Both the position numbers and the translations under genes were made by a program. A stretch of DNA of 64,000 nucleotides, taken from NCBI GenBank assembly GCA_963776345.1, contig CAVZMH010000020.1:80004-144003 (forward strand). Reading direction: 5' to 3'. The notes beneath the pieces were generated by a model. It did no database searches and was not told where the DNA came from. It worked only from the letters and a program-made list of their open reading frames with translations. The DNA comes from an uncultured delta proteobacterium. GTDB taxonomy: Bacteria; Myxococcota; Myxococcia; Myxococcales; Myxococcaceae. Each line of letters begins with the position of its first letter. Position 1 is the stretch's first letter. Of this stretch, positions 19,643-29,711 are shown piece after piece.

Positions 19643-20158
19643 CTACTTGCCCGGAGGCGAGGCGCCGGTGGCCGCGGCCCTCGGCGCCGCCGGCCTGCTC
19701 AGGTTCGACGCGTGGAGGTGGACGATCTTCCACCCCGCGTCCAGCCGCTCGAGGATCATCGTCCGCCGCCCCACGGTCTCACCCTGCGGCAGATGAAACG
19801 TGACCAGGGCGATCTTGTCGGACAGCAGCTGGATCCGGACGTCCCTCGGGGCCAGCGTGAAGTACGGCGGCGCGGTCCTGCCCGAGTTCCTGCGGATCCG
19901 CTCGAACACCACGGCCCAGGCGCGCTCGAAGCTCTCGGGCGAGTCGGTCCGGAGCACGTTCGGCGGGGCGGGATGGAACACCGTCGCCCCCTCGGCGAAG
20001 CAGGAGCGGAAGGCGGGCCAGTCGAGCGCCTCGAACGCGCGGAGGAACGTGTCGACCGCGGCGCGCACCTCGGCCGTCGCCGCCTCCGGGGCCGGGGGGT
20101 CCGCGAGCGCTGGACCGCCGGCCAGGAGCAGCAGGCCGCCGGCGAGGAGGGCTCTCAT
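19643..20158 (-). CDS. Secreted SnoaL/NTF2-like protein
   Basis: Signal peptide, EVRAAVDTFLRAF, WKIVHLHAS. Confidence 0.75.
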   Translation of the reverse strand: MRALLAGGLLLLAGGPALADPPAPEAATAEVRAAVDTFLRAFEALDWPAFRSCFAEGATVFHPAPPNVLRTDSPESFERAWAVVFERIRRNSGRTAPPYFTLAPRDVRIQLLSDKIALVTFHLPQGETVGRRTMILERLDAGWKIVHLHASNLSRPAAPRAAATGASPPGK

Positions 20159-20614
20159 CCCGCCACCGCGACCGCCGGCGCCCCGAGCCGACGGAGCGTC
20201 TCCTCCAGCGACCTGGTGAACATCCGCTTCCCTCCGAGCGCGAGCAGGAGGGAGACGATCCGCCCCTTGAGGTTCTTCGGCCGCCGGTCGAACTCGAACC
20301 GGACCCGGCTCCCGCTGCCCACGGCCTCCACCTGGTACCGCCACCAGCTCCCCGGCGAAGGCGTTCGAGTCCTCGACCTCGATGAGCACCACGCCGGGCT
20401 CGCTCCAGTCGTACCGGGTGCGCTCCCAGACGCCGCCCAGCACCGCGGTCCCCTCGGTGACCTCGGCCTCCGTCTTCCCGACCGAGTGCACCTGGTAGAG
20501 CTTCGGGGAGAGGTTCGGCCAGAGCTCCGGCCGGCGCGGGCTGAAGTCGGTCAGGGCCCCGAGGATCACCTCCGGCGGAGTCGACGAGGTGACCTCTCCC
20601 GAGACGCGCGCCAT
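20155..20614 (-). CDS. SRPBCC-family protein (frameshift near 20352)
   Basis: ALTDFSPRRPELWPNLS...WERTRYDWS, continuing as SWWRYQVE...FEFDRRPKNLKG in another frame and ending in an ATGA overlap. Confidence 0.7.
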
Positions 20615-20626
20615 GGACGGCCCTCC

Positions 20627-21136
20627 TCAGCCCGGGAGCCCGAGCTCCTTGCGCAGCCGGGCGGTGATCTCGAAGTACTCCTTCCGCGGGAAGCCCACGT
20701 TGAGGATGTGGAAATCCTTCTTCGAGAGACCCACGCAGCCGAAGCAGTAGTTGCAGTCGGAGAGGTTGCGGGACAACACGAGATACGCCGAGTGCGTGCA
20801 CGACTCGCATTGGAGGAGGTAGGCGGACGACTGGCAGCCCTTGCTCTCCCGGCAATGGCTGCAGTTGCTGCAGCCGTCGCAGTCCACGCAGTGCGTACAC
20901 TGGTAGCAGCCCACGCAATCGCGGCAGAACATGCAGTTGGCGCAGCGCTCGCAGTCCTTGCAGGCGTAGCTGCCGGGGTTCCCCGGGTCCTCGGCGAAGG
21001 CGCGGCCGAGCGCGGCCAGCTGGTCGAGGAACTCGCGGCGGCCGAGGCGCGCAACCGCGGCGCGGGCCTCCCTGGCCTGGTTGTCGATCTCGGCGGTGGA
21101 CGGGCGGACGGGAACGCGCGCGGGGGAGGCGGCCAT
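20627..21136 (-). CDS. Cysteine-rich (Cxx)n repeat protein
   Basis: 13 consecutive period-3 cysteines, then DCNYCFGCVGL...HILN. Confidence 0.8.
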   Translation of the reverse strand: MAASPARVPVRPSTAEIDNQAREARAAVARLGRREFLDQLAALGRAFAEDPGNPGSYACKDCERCANCMFCRDCVGCYQCTHCVDCDGCSNCSHCRESKGCQSSAYLLQCESCTHSAYLVLSRNLSDCNYCFGCVGLSKKDFHILNVGFPRKEYFEITARLRKELGLPG

Positions 21137-21198
21137 CGGTCGTTCCCCGGACTCTAGCAGCGCCGTCGGTCCCCGACGCTATACGCGTCCGTCCCTGC

Positions 21199-23214
21199 TT
21201 GGACCTCTCCGGCCTGAACCCTCCACAGCGTCGTGCCGTCACCACCACCGAAGGCCCGGTCCTGATAGTCGCGGGGGCGGGGAGCGGGAAGACGCGGGTC
21301 ATCACGCACCGCATCGCCTGGCTCCTCGACCAGGGAGTCTCCGCCCGCGCCATCCTCGCGGTGACCTTCACCAACAAGGCCGCCGCCGAGATGAAGGAGC
21401 GGGTGGTGCGGCTGGTGGGGCAGGGCGCACAGGCGCTCACCGTCTGCACCTTCCACGCCTTCGGGGCCGAGGTGCTCCGGCAGCACGTCCACAAGCTCGG
21501 CTGGCCGCGGAGGTTCGCCATCGCCGACAGCTCCGATCAGATCTCCCTCGTCCAGCGCGCGCTGCGCGAGCGGTCGATCGACGGGAAGCGCGACTTCGAT
21601 CCGCGCCGCATCCTCACCGCCATCAGCCGGGCGAAGATCGCCGCTCGGGCGCCGAGCGTCGAGGGCGATGCGCCGAGCGACGCGGAGATCGCCGCGGCCG
21701 AGGTGTTCCCGCTCTACCAGCGGGGGCTGAAGGCACAGGGAGCGGTGGACTTCGACGACCTGCTGCTCCTGCCGCTCCGCCTGTTCCGCGAGCACCCGGA
21801 GGTGCTGGGCAGCCACGTCCGCCGCTTCCGGTATCTCATGGTCGACGAGTTCCAGGACACCAACGGCTCGCAGCTGGAGCTGGTCCGCCAGCTCGCCGGG
21901 GAGCGGCGGAACGTCTGCGCCGTCGGCGACGACGACCAGTGCATCTACGGATGGCGCGGCGCCGAGGTGCGGAACATCCTCCGCTTCGAGGAGGCCTTCC
22001 CGGGCGCCACCGAGGTCCGGCTGGAGCAGAACTACCGCAGCGTGCCCGCGGTGCTCGAGGCGGCGCACGGCGTCGTCTCCCAGCTCCCCGAGCGGCGGCC
22101 GAAGAAGCTGTGGACCGCGAGATCGGAGGGACCGAAGGTCTCGCTGGTCGTCACCCCCGGCGAGGACGACGAGGCGGAATGGGTGGCCCGCAGCATCGAG
22201 CAGCGGCTCGCGCGCGGCGTCCGGCCCGACGACATCGCCGTGCTCTACCGGACCAACGGCCAGTCCCGCCCCTTCGAGGAAGCATTCCGGGCCCGCGGCA
22301 TCCGGCACGAGGTCGTGGGCGGCACCGAGTTCTTCGACCGGCGCGAGGTGCGCGACGTGCTCGCCTACCTCAAGCTCCTCGCCAACCCCGCGGACGAGGT
22401 CTCGCTCCTGCGCATCGTCAACGTGCCGGCGCGCGGCATCGGCGACGTCACGGTGGAGCATCTGGTCGCCCACGCCCGGGGCCGCGGGCAACCGCTCGCC
22501 GAGGTCCTGGCGTCTACCGGGTCCGTTCCCGAGCTGACCCCGGGCGCGGCGCGGGCGGTGAAGGAGTTCTCCGACCTGATCCACCGGACCCGGGGGCGGC
22601 TGCGCACCGAGCCCCTCTCGACCGTCGCGCGGGCGCTCCTCCACGAGATCGGCTTCGAGGCCGCGGCCCGGGTGAGCACCCCGTCGGCGACGGCGGCGGA
22701 CCGGAAGCTCCGGGGCGTGGAGGGCGTGCTCGGCTCGCTGGAGCAGTTCGAGCGCCGGGAAGGGCCCCGGTCGGACCTCCGCACTTACCTAAACCGGCTC
22801 TCGCTCGACACCCGGGAGGAGGAGGACGGGCCCACTCCCGCGCGGGTCACCCTCCTGACCCTCCATGGCGCCAAGGGCCTGGAATTCAAGACGGTCTTCC
22901 TGGTGGGCATGGAGGAGGGCTTCCTCCCCCACGGGGGCATGCAGGGCGAGTCCCAGAACCTCGAGGAGGAGCGCCGGCTCTGCTACGTGGGCATCACCCG
23001 GGCCCGGGAGGAGCTGATCCTCACCCGGGCCGCCGCCCGGCTCCGGCGGGGCCGCGAGGTGCCCCGGACGCCCTCCCGGTTCCTCGCCGACATCCCAGAG
23101 GCCGTCCTCGAGGTGTCTGACACCACGGTTCCGCCCCCGGGGCCTCCCGGCGAGGCCGAGCAGGGCTTCTTCCGGAGCCTCAAGGCCCGCCTCCAGGGAG
23201 GCCCACTCCCCTAG
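21199..23214 (+). CDS. UvrD/Rep-family ATP-dependent DNA helicase
   Basis: AGAGSGKT, TFTNKAA, VDEFQD, VGDDDQCIYGWRGA, LEQNYRS, HGAKGLEF, EERRLCYVGITRA. Confidence 0.93.
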   Translation: MDLSGLNPPQRRAVTTTEGPVLIVAGAGSGKTRVITHRIAWLLDQGVSARAILAVTFTNKAAAEMKERVVRLVGQGAQALTVCTFHAFGAEVLRQHVHKLGWPRRFAIADSSDQISLVQRALRERSIDGKRDFDPRRILTAISRAKIAARAPSVEGDAPSDAEIAAAEVFPLYQRGLKAQGAVDFDDLLLLPLRLFREHPEVLGSHVRRFRYLMVDEFQDTNGSQLELVRQLAGERRNVCAVGDDDQCIYGWRGAEVRNILRFEEAFPGATEVRLEQNYRSVPAVLEAAHGVVSQLPERRPKKLWTARSEGPKVSLVVTPGEDDEAEWVARSIEQRLARGVRPDDIAVLYRTNGQSRPFEEAFRARGIRHEVVGGTEFFDRREVRDVLAYLKLLANPADEVSLLRIVNVPARGIGDVTVEHLVAHARGRGQPLAEVLASTGSVPELTPGAARAVKEFSDLIHRTRGRLRTEPLSTVARALLHEIGFEAAARVSTPSATAADRKLRGVEGVLGSLEQFERREGPRSDLRTYLNRLSLDTREEEDGPTPARVTLLTLHGAKGLEFKTVFLVGMEEGFLPHGGMQGESQNLEEERRLCYVGITRAREELILTRAAARLRRGREVPRTPSRFLADIPEAVLEVSDTTVPPPGPPGEAEQGFFRSLKARLQGGPLP

Positions 23215-23297
23215 GTCCGCTTGACTTGGGGCGCCAAGACCTCTACATCGCCCGTCTTTTCCGGGGGGCACCCCCTCCGGTGCCGGAGTGTCTCCAG

Positions 23298-23744
23298 ATG
23301 TCGAACCGGACGTACAGCGCGAGGCCCGCGGACGTGAAGCGGGCGTGGCACGTCATCGACGTGAACGACAAGGTGCTCGGGCGTGCCGCGAGCCAGATCG
23401 CTGCCCTGCTCAAGGGCAAGCACAAGCCCATCTACACCCCGTCGATGGACACCGGTGACCACGTCATCGTCATCAACGCCGCGAAGGTGAAGGTCACCGG
23501 CTCGAAGGAAACCAACAAGCTCTACCACCGGCACCCGCGGGCCGGCTTTCCGGGCGCCCTGAAGACCACCAACCTCGCGGCGCTGCGTGCGCGGCACCCT
23601 GAGGACGTGATCGTCAACGCCGTTCGCCGGATGCTCCCCCGCAACGCGCTGGGCCGGCAGATGATGACCAAGCTCAAGGTCTACCCGGGCGAGCAGCATC
23701 CGCACGCCGCGCAGAAGCCCGAGCCGCGCCAGGTGGAGGCCTGA
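23298..23744 (+). CDS. rplM: 50S ribosomal protein L13
   Basis: [42 protein letters not shown]. Confidence 0.97.
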   Translation: MSNRTYSARPADVKRAWHVIDVNDKVLGRAASQIAALLKGKHKPIYTPSMDTGDHVIVINAAKVKVTGSKETNKLYHRHPRAGFPGALKTTNLAALRARHPEDVIVNAVRRMLPRNALGRQMMTKLKVYPGEQHPHAAQKPEPRQVEA

Positions 23745-23752
23745 GGTCCACG

Positions 23753-24154
23753 ATGCCGATCCAGAACGAGAACGGGTTCTACGCCACCGGCCGCCGCAAG
23801 GAGTCCACGGCCCGGGTGTGGGTGAAGGAAGGAAGCGGGGCCATCGTGGTCAACGGCCGCCCGCTCGACGAGTACTTCGGGCGCGAGACCTCGAAGATGA
23901 TCCTCAACCAGCCGCTGCAGATCCTCGAGCAGGTGGGCAAGGTCGACGTCACCGTCAACGTGGTGGGCGGCGGTCTCTCCGGCCAGGCCGGCGCCATCCG
24001 CCACGGGCTCAGCCGCGCGCTGTGCCTCCTGAACCCCGAGTTCAGGAACCCGCTGAAGAAGGCCGGCTTCCTCACCCGTGACGCCCGCGTGGTGGAGCGC
24101 AAGAAGTACGGTCAGCCCGGCGCCCGCCGTCGGTTCCAGTTCAGCAAGCGCTAG
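23753..24154 (+). CDS. rpsI: 30S ribosomal protein S9
   Basis: [38 protein letters not shown]...QFSKR. Confidence 0.97.
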   Translation: MPIQNENGFYATGRRKESTARVWVKEGSGAIVVNGRPLDEYFGRETSKMILNQPLQILEQVGKVDVTVNVVGGGLSGQAGAIRHGLSRALCLLNPEFRNPLKKAGFLTRDARVVERKKYGQPGARRRFQFSKR

Positions 24155-24240
24155 GTCAGGGTCAGGGCGGCCGCAGTCGAGGTCCGCGTCGGGGTGGCGT
24201 CAGGCGGGCTGCAGTCGGCGAGGTCAGGGCGGCCGCAGTC
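24155..24240 (-). repeat. Single diverged copy of the palindromic repeat family
   Basis: Two GTCAGGGCGGCCGCAGTC ends. The reverse complement matches the GCGGCCGCCCTGACCT core of both arrays. Confidence 0.7.
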
Positions 24241-24333
24241 AGCGAAGCAGCGGCCGCAATCCGGCCGTTTCAGGCATGTAGGCCGGGCCCGCACAGGCGG
24301 GGTCGCTCGCCCGGGTGCTAGGCTTCCGGGGGC

Positions 24334-25692
24334 GTGGAACTCAACGAGATCCTCCAGGTCGCGCTGCGCGGTGGCGCGAGCGACATCCATCTCAAGGCCG
24401 GTCTGCCCCCGATGTTCCGGGTGGACGGCTCGCTGGTCCCCCTGAAGGACGGCAAGCGCCTCCCTCCCGAGGAGGTGGCGCGCATGGCCTTCGGGATCAT
24501 GAACGAGTACCAGCGGGACAAGTTCAAGAACTCCAACGAGGTGGACCTGGCCTACGGCGTCCCCGGGCTCGGCCGCTTCCGCGTGAACGTGTTCCAGCAG
24601 CGCGGCACGCTCGGGGCCGTGCTCCGCGTCATCCCCTTCAAGGTGATGACCATCCGGGATCTCCTCCTGCCCCCGGTGCTCGAGACCATCGCGCTCGAGG
24701 AGCGCGGCCTGGTCCTGGTCACCGGCACCACCGGCTCGGGCAAGAGCACCACGCTGGCGGCGATGATCGATCACATCAACGCCAACGAGACCGATCACAT
24801 CATGACCATCGAGGATCCGATCGAGTTCCTCATCCGCGACAAGCGCTCGATCGTGAACCAGCGAGAGGTGGGGGTGGACACCGTCTCCTTCAGCCAGGCG
24901 TTGAAGAGCGCGCTCCGCCAGGACCCGGACGTGATCCTGGTGGGCGAGATGCGTGACCTCGAGACCATCGAGACGGCGCTCACCGCCGCCGAGACGGGCC
25001 ACCTGGTCATGTCCACGCTCCACACCCTGGACGCCACCGAGACCATCAACCGCATCGTCTCGGTGTTCCCGCCCTACCAGCAGAAGCAGGTGCGGCTGCA
25101 GCTGGGGAGCGTGCTCAGGGCGGTCATCTCCCAGCGGCTCGTCCCGCGCGCCGACGGCAAGGGCCGCGTCGCCGCGGTGGAGGTGCTGAAGGCCACCGCC
25201 CGCGTCCGCGAGCTGATCGCGGACAAGGACCGCACCAAGGAGATCCCCGACGCCATCGCGCAGGGTCACCAGACCTACGGGACCCAGACCTTCGACCAGT
25301 CGCTGATGAACCTGGTGCGCCAGAACATCATCACCTACGACGAGGCGCACCGGCAGGCGACCAACCCGGACGACTTCGCGCTCCGGTTCAGCGGCATCAG
25401 CGCCACCAGCGACTCGCGCTGGGACGACTTCGAGGGCACCCAGGACGGGAACTCGGCCCCGGGCAGCGTGGCCTTCGCCCAGCGCGGCGCCCCTCTGCCC
25501 GCGCCGGCTCCGGGCCCGGCGCCGTCCCCGGCCGCTGCGGCCCCCCGGCCACCCGCCCCGGGCGCCGGGACGCCGCTCGGGCGCATCAACCCCACCACTC
25601 CGAAGCCCGGGGCACAGCCCGCGGCGCGCCCCGCCGGAGGGTCCACCGGCCTGCCCGCGGCGGACGACGACTTCCACATCGAGCGGTTCTGA
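24334..25692 (+). CDS. pilT: PilT/PilU-family type IV pilus retraction ATPase with Pro/Ala tail
   Basis: ASDIHL, GTTGSGKSTT, TIEDPIE, ALRQDPDVILVGEMRD, AETGHLVMSTLHT. Confidence 0.88.
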   Translation: MELNEILQVALRGGASDIHLKAGLPPMFRVDGSLVPLKDGKRLPPEEVARMAFGIMNEYQRDKFKNSNEVDLAYGVPGLGRFRVNVFQQRGTLGAVLRVIPFKVMTIRDLLLPPVLETIALEERGLVLVTGTTGSGKSTTLAAMIDHINANETDHIMTIEDPIEFLIRDKRSIVNQREVGVDTVSFSQALKSALRQDPDVILVGEMRDLETIETALTAAETGHLVMSTLHTLDATETINRIVSVFPPYQQKQVRLQLGSVLRAVISQRLVPRADGKGRVAAVEVLKATARVRELIADKDRTKEIPDAIAQGHQTYGTQTFDQSLMNLVRQNIITYDEAHRQATNPDDFALRFSGISATSDSRWDDFEGTQDGNSAPGSVAFAQRGAPLPAPAPGPAPSPAAAAPRPPAPGAGTPLGRINPTTPKPGAQPAARPAGGSTGLPAADDDFHIERF

Positions 25693-26047
25693 CGGACACC
25701 GTGCCGCGGCCGCCCTGACCTCGACGGCTGGCCGCGGGCCTGAGGGCTCAACGACCAGGACCTCGGACGCGGCCGCCCTGACCTCGACCAGCTCGGCCGG
25801 ACACCCGCCGCAGCCGTGCCGCGGGCTGACGGACGACTGTGCCGCGGCCGCGCGGGTTCTGACGGACACCGTGCCGCGGCCGCCCTGACCTCGACGGCTG
25901 CGGGCCTGAGGCTCAACGACCAGGACCTCGGACGCGGCCGCCCTGACCTCGCCCGGTTCTGACGGACACCGTGCCGCGGCCGCCCTGACCTCGACGGCTG
26001 CGGGCCTGAGGCTCAACGACCAGGACCTCGGACGCGGCCGCCCAGAC
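25685..26047. repeat. Array of three ~100-bp units of the same repeat family
   Basis: GGTTCTGACGGACACCGTGCCGCGGCCGCCCTGACC starts at 25685, 25855 and 25955. Confidence 0.85.
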
Positions 26048-26759
26048 CTAGACCAGCTCGGACAGCGCCCGCCGCAGCCGTGCCCGGCGCAGCGGCCCGA
26101 TGAGCCGCATCTCGGCGAGGTGATCCACGAACTCGGCGAGCGCCCCGCGCTGCTCCGGCTCCAGCCGGGCGGCCGCCGCCTCGAGGTGCTCGCGGGACAC
26201 CGAGATCCGGCCCCTCGGACCAGGCCACCCCGCAGAGCGACTGCGCCGCGATGCGGCGGCTCCGCCGCTCGGCGCCGTCCTGTCCACCGGCGAAGGCGTT
26301 CTCCAGCGCGGTCACCCGGTCCGGGGTCAGGATCGCCAGCGCGGCGAGCGTCTCCAGCGACTCGGCCACGAACGCCGCGTCGAAGCCGTCGGCCGGCAGG
26401 TCGTCGCCGAAGGCCTCGTCGAGCAGCACCGCCCCGAGGAGCGCGTCCACTTGCTCGGGTGTCGCCCCCTCCGCCTCCAGAGCGCCGCGTGCGCGCTCGA
26501 GCGGGCCCACCAGCCGCTCGTCGTCGCCGAGGACGGTGGTGGCGGTGTGCGCGGCGAGGACCAGGAGCGCGTTCTGCGCCTCCTCCGGCGGGTGCGCCTT
26601 GCCTGCGGCCCGCTCCACCGCGGACCAGAGGTCCGGCCGCGCCCGCGCCGCCAGCACGAATGCCTGGTCGGTTGGCTCGTCCGGCGCGCAGCCGTTCCGG
26701 CGCTGCCAGACGCCCCACGCGGTCTGGAAATCCATGTACCGTCCGAGGGCGGGGTGCAT
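26048..26759 (-). CDS. Hypothetical helical protein (frameshift near 26205)
   Basis: MHPALGRYMD...AVLLDEAFG...WSEGP continues as ISVSREHLE...RRALSELV* in another frame. Confidence 0.6.
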
Positions 26760-26764
26760 GCACC

Positions 26765-27232
26765 GTGAGGCGTAACACCGCTGGAGCCACCGGGGGAACG
26801 GGTCTTCGAGCGCTGCGCACGCTCGCTCGCCGGGAGGTGTCCACGGCCGCGCTGCGGGAAGCGCTGCGTCGCGCCGGGCTGTCCGAGCCCGAGGTCGAGG
26901 CCGAGCTGGAGGCCGCGGTGCGGCTGGGGGCCCTCGACGACCGCCGCTCGGCGCGCGCCCGGGCGCTGGCCCTGGTGCTCCGGGGCGGCTGGGCCCGCGA
27001 CGCGATGGCTGCCCGCCTCGTTCAGCAGGGTTACCCGCCGGCGGTGGCGGAGGAGGCGCTCGCCGAGGCCATCCGCGACGAGGGATGGGACGCTCGCGCC
27101 GCGGCCGCCCGGGCCATCGTGCAGGGCGAGCCGCCCCGGCGCTCCGCTCGAAGGCTCCTGGCCCGGGGCTTCGCCAGGGCCCTCGTCCGGGAGCTGCTTC
27201 CCGGGGTGGAAGGGATGGAGGAAGGAGGCTAG
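26765..27232 (+). CDS. recX: RecX-family regulator
   Basis: ALRTLARREVSTAALREAL, GALDDRR, RLVQQG, RRLLARGF three-helix repeats. Confidence 0.65.
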   Translation: MRRNTAGATGGTGLRALRTLARREVSTAALREALRRAGLSEPEVEAELEAAVRLGALDDRRSARARALALVLRGGWARDAMAARLVQQGYPPAVAEEALAEAIRDEGWDARAAAARAIVQGEPPRRSARRLLARGFARALVRELLPGVEGMEEGG

Positions 27233-27248
27233 GGTGTTCGCCCTTTCG

Positions 27249-28025
27249 ATGCGCCTGCACCGTCTCCTCCCGCTCGCCGCCCTCGTCCTCGTGCCCGCCT
27301 GCGGCCTGTTCGCCAACAACGGCGACTTCGGCGAGCCGGATTACGCCAGCGAGGCGAGCACCAACCTCAAGCGCGGGGACGAGGCGCTCGACTCCAGCCA
27401 GTACCAGCTGGCCGAGAAGTACTTCGAGTACGTGAAGACCAAGTTCCCGTTCCTCGAGGCCTCGCGGCAGGCCGAGCTCCGGCTGGCCGACGTGTCGTTC
27501 GACCGGGAGCTCTGGACCGAGGCGGCGGACCGCTACAACGGCTTCGTGAAGCTCCACCCCACGCACCCCAAGGTGGACTATGCGGCGTACCGCGCCGCCC
27601 TGTCCTACTACCGCGACACGCCCAGCGACTGGTTCATGCTCCCCTCCTCGAGCGAGAAGGACCAGACACAGGTCCGGGCCGCCTGGGAAGCGCTGAACAC
27701 CTTCACCAAGACCTACCCGCAGTCCCAGTACATCGAGGACGCCCGGAAGAAGCAGACCCAGGTGCGCGAGCGCCTGGTGGGTCACGAGGTCTACGTGGCC
27801 GATTTCTACGAGAAGCGCGATCGCTGGTCCGCCGCCGCGAGCCGCCTGGAGACCGTGCTGCAGAAGTACCCCGGCCCGGACGACGAGAAGTACCTCTTCC
27901 GGCTGCACGACCTGTACTCGCGGCTCAAGGACCAGAACCGGGCGCGCGATGCGCTCCAGCGGGTCATCACCCGGGTCCCGGGCTCGCCCGCAGCGGAGAA
28001 GGCCCGCCAGATGCTCGGCTCGTGA
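27249..28025 (+). CDS. bamD: Outer membrane assembly lipoprotein BamD
   Basis: Lipobox VPAC, AELRLAD, FVKLHPTHPKVDYA, HEVYVADFY. Confidence 0.88.
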   Translation: MRLHRLLPLAALVLVPACGLFANNGDFGEPDYASEASTNLKRGDEALDSSQYQLAEKYFEYVKTKFPFLEASRQAELRLADVSFDRELWTEAADRYNGFVKLHPTHPKVDYAAYRAALSYYRDTPSDWFMLPSSSEKDQTQVRAAWEALNTFTKTYPQSQYIEDARKKQTQVRERLVGHEVYVADFYEKRDRWSAAASRLETVLQKYPGPDDEKYLFRLHDLYSRLKDQNRARDALQRVITRVPGSPAAEKARQMLGS

Positions 28026-28729
28026 CCCCCGCGGGCGGCGAGCGCCGCGGCACCCGCGCGGTGGCGGTGCTGCTCGGGCTCGCCGTGCTCGCCGGGGCCG
28101 TGTGGGCGCTCCTTCCGCGCCTGCTCGGCGCCGCGGGCGGGCCGGAGCCGGAGCTGGTCTCGGCGCTCCGGACCGCCGAGCTGTCCCGCGCGCCCATCGC
28201 GGTGCCCGGCGGTCCGCCGTTCGAGCCGCGGAGCCTGCGCTTCGACCGGTTCAGCGCCACGGTGGACGGAGACCGGGCCTCGGTGGTGGCCACGCTCGAC
28301 GCCTCCGGTGTGTCCGGCGGGGTGCAGGTGTCGTCCCTCGGACGGGAGAAGGTCCAGTTCGTACGACGCGGTGGACGGTGGACCCCGGACGGACCGCTCG
28401 CGCCGGCGCTGGCGGGGGCGCTGGGGGCGCTCTGGCGACGGGCGGCGCTGCTCTCCGGCAGCTCCCCGGACGCGCTCGGGCCGATGGTGGTCGCGACCGA
28501 CCGGGAGCGGTCGCTCTCGGACGCACGGCTCGAGCCGGTCCTCCGCCTCCCGGACCACCGGTGGGAGCCGCGCGCCTGGTACCTCCGCTCCGAGCGCGGG
28601 GAGGTGCTGGTCACCGAGGAGGCGTTCCTGGCCTCGCCGTCCCGGAGCCCGGAGCCCAGGACCGGACGGCTCCGGCTCCTGTCCTCCGGCGATGCTGGAG
28701 TTTTCGTCTTCGCCGGGACCTTGCTGTAG
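28022..28729 (+). CDS. Membrane-anchored hypothetical protein
   Basis: N-terminal TM helix and GTGA overlap with bamD. Confidence 0.55.
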   Translation: MTPAGGERRGTRAVAVLLGLAVLAGAVWALLPRLLGAAGGPEPELVSALRTAELSRAPIAVPGGPPFEPRSLRFDRFSATVDGDRASVVATLDASGVSGGVQVSSLGREKVQFVRRGGRWTPDGPLAPALAGALGALWRRAALLSGSSPDALGPMVVATDRERSLSDARLEPVLRLPDHRWEPRAWYLRSERGEVLVTEEAFLASPSRSPEPRTGRLRLLSSGDAGVFVFAGTLL

Positions 28730-28744
28730 GGTGACCACACCACG

Positions 28745-29689
28745 ATGGCAGCGTCGAGCGGCGACACGGCCTGGGCCCTCCGGTTCATCTCGGGCAAGTA
28801 CCAGGGGGGCGAGTTCCCCCTGAAGATGAGCCGTCAGGTCATCATCGGCCGCTCGAGCGAGCTGGACATGGTCCTGGTCGAGGACATGGTCAGCCGGAAG
28901 CACGCGAAGATCACCGTCGGCCCCGGCAAGGTGCTCATCGAGGACCTGGGCAGCACCAACGGCACCTTCGTCAACGGAGAGAAGATCCGCCAGGCCCGGC
29001 TCAAGGAGGGAGACCGCATCCTCATCGGCACCTCCATCCTCAAGCTGGTGCAGCGCGAGGGCGGCGCCCAGAGCGAGCTGTCCGACGCCGAGATGCGCGA
29101 GCGCCTGGAGGAGGCGGCGCAGGTCCAGGCGGCGAAGACCAACAAGACCTCGTCGATGACCGGGAAGATCGAGGACATCCCGCTCCCGGACCTGCTCCAG
29201 CTCTTCCACACCTCCAAGAAGAACGGCGTGCTGGTGGTCACCGGCGCGCACGAGGGCCGCATCTATCTGCGCCAGGGCCGCGTCTACTACGCGGTGGTGG
29301 ACGGAGATCACGCCCTGGGTCCGCAGAAGAGCTTCAACCGGATCATCACCTGGGAGGAGGGGGACTTCGAGCTCCAGCCCCCCGACGGCCAGGAGTTCAT
29401 GGTCGAGCTGGATCGCTCGACCGAGGCACTCCTCATGGACGCGCTCCGGCTGCTCGACGAGTACAAGCGCATCGAGGGGAAGATCCCGGCGGCCGATGCC
29501 CCGCTCCTGCTCCGGCGCCCGCTGGTCCCGAGGCTGCGAGACCTCTCGCCCGAGCAGCTGGACGTGCTCCAGCTGGTGCACAACCACGGCACGCTGCGCG
29601 CGGTGATGGACCACTCCGAGGCCGACGACGTGACCATCGCCGAGGCGATTCTCGAGCTGATGCGCAAGGATTACGTGCGCAGCGGCTGA
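28745..29689 (+). CDS. FHA + DUF4388 domain protein
   Basis: IIGRS, VSRKHA, DLGSTNGTFVNG, then GKIEDIPLPDLLQL...GRIYLRQGRVYYA. Confidence 0.85.
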   Translation: MAASSGDTAWALRFISGKYQGGEFPLKMSRQVIIGRSSELDMVLVEDMVSRKHAKITVGPGKVLIEDLGSTNGTFVNGEKIRQARLKEGDRILIGTSILKLVQREGGAQSELSDAEMRERLEEAAQVQAAKTNKTSSMTGKIEDIPLPDLLQLFHTSKKNGVLVVTGAHEGRIYLRQGRVYYAVVDGDHALGPQKSFNRIITWEEGDFELQPPDGQEFMVELDRSTEALLMDALRLLDEYKRIEGKIPAADAPLLLRRPLVPRLRDLSPEQLDVLQLVHNHGTLRAVMDHSEADDVTIAEAILELMRKDYVRSG

Positions 29690-29711
29690 TTCCGGGGCAG
29701 AAGAAGCCCCC

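Noticed and set aside
19643..20614. SRPBCC-SnoaL fusion protein
   Set aside because: It is produced by an indel near 20352. The downstream gene has its own ATG, signal peptide and ATGA overlap.
23221..23290. rplM promoter and leader hairpin
   Set aside because: TTGACT is present, but the -10 (TACATC) is weak and the hairpin cannot be assigned without covariation data.
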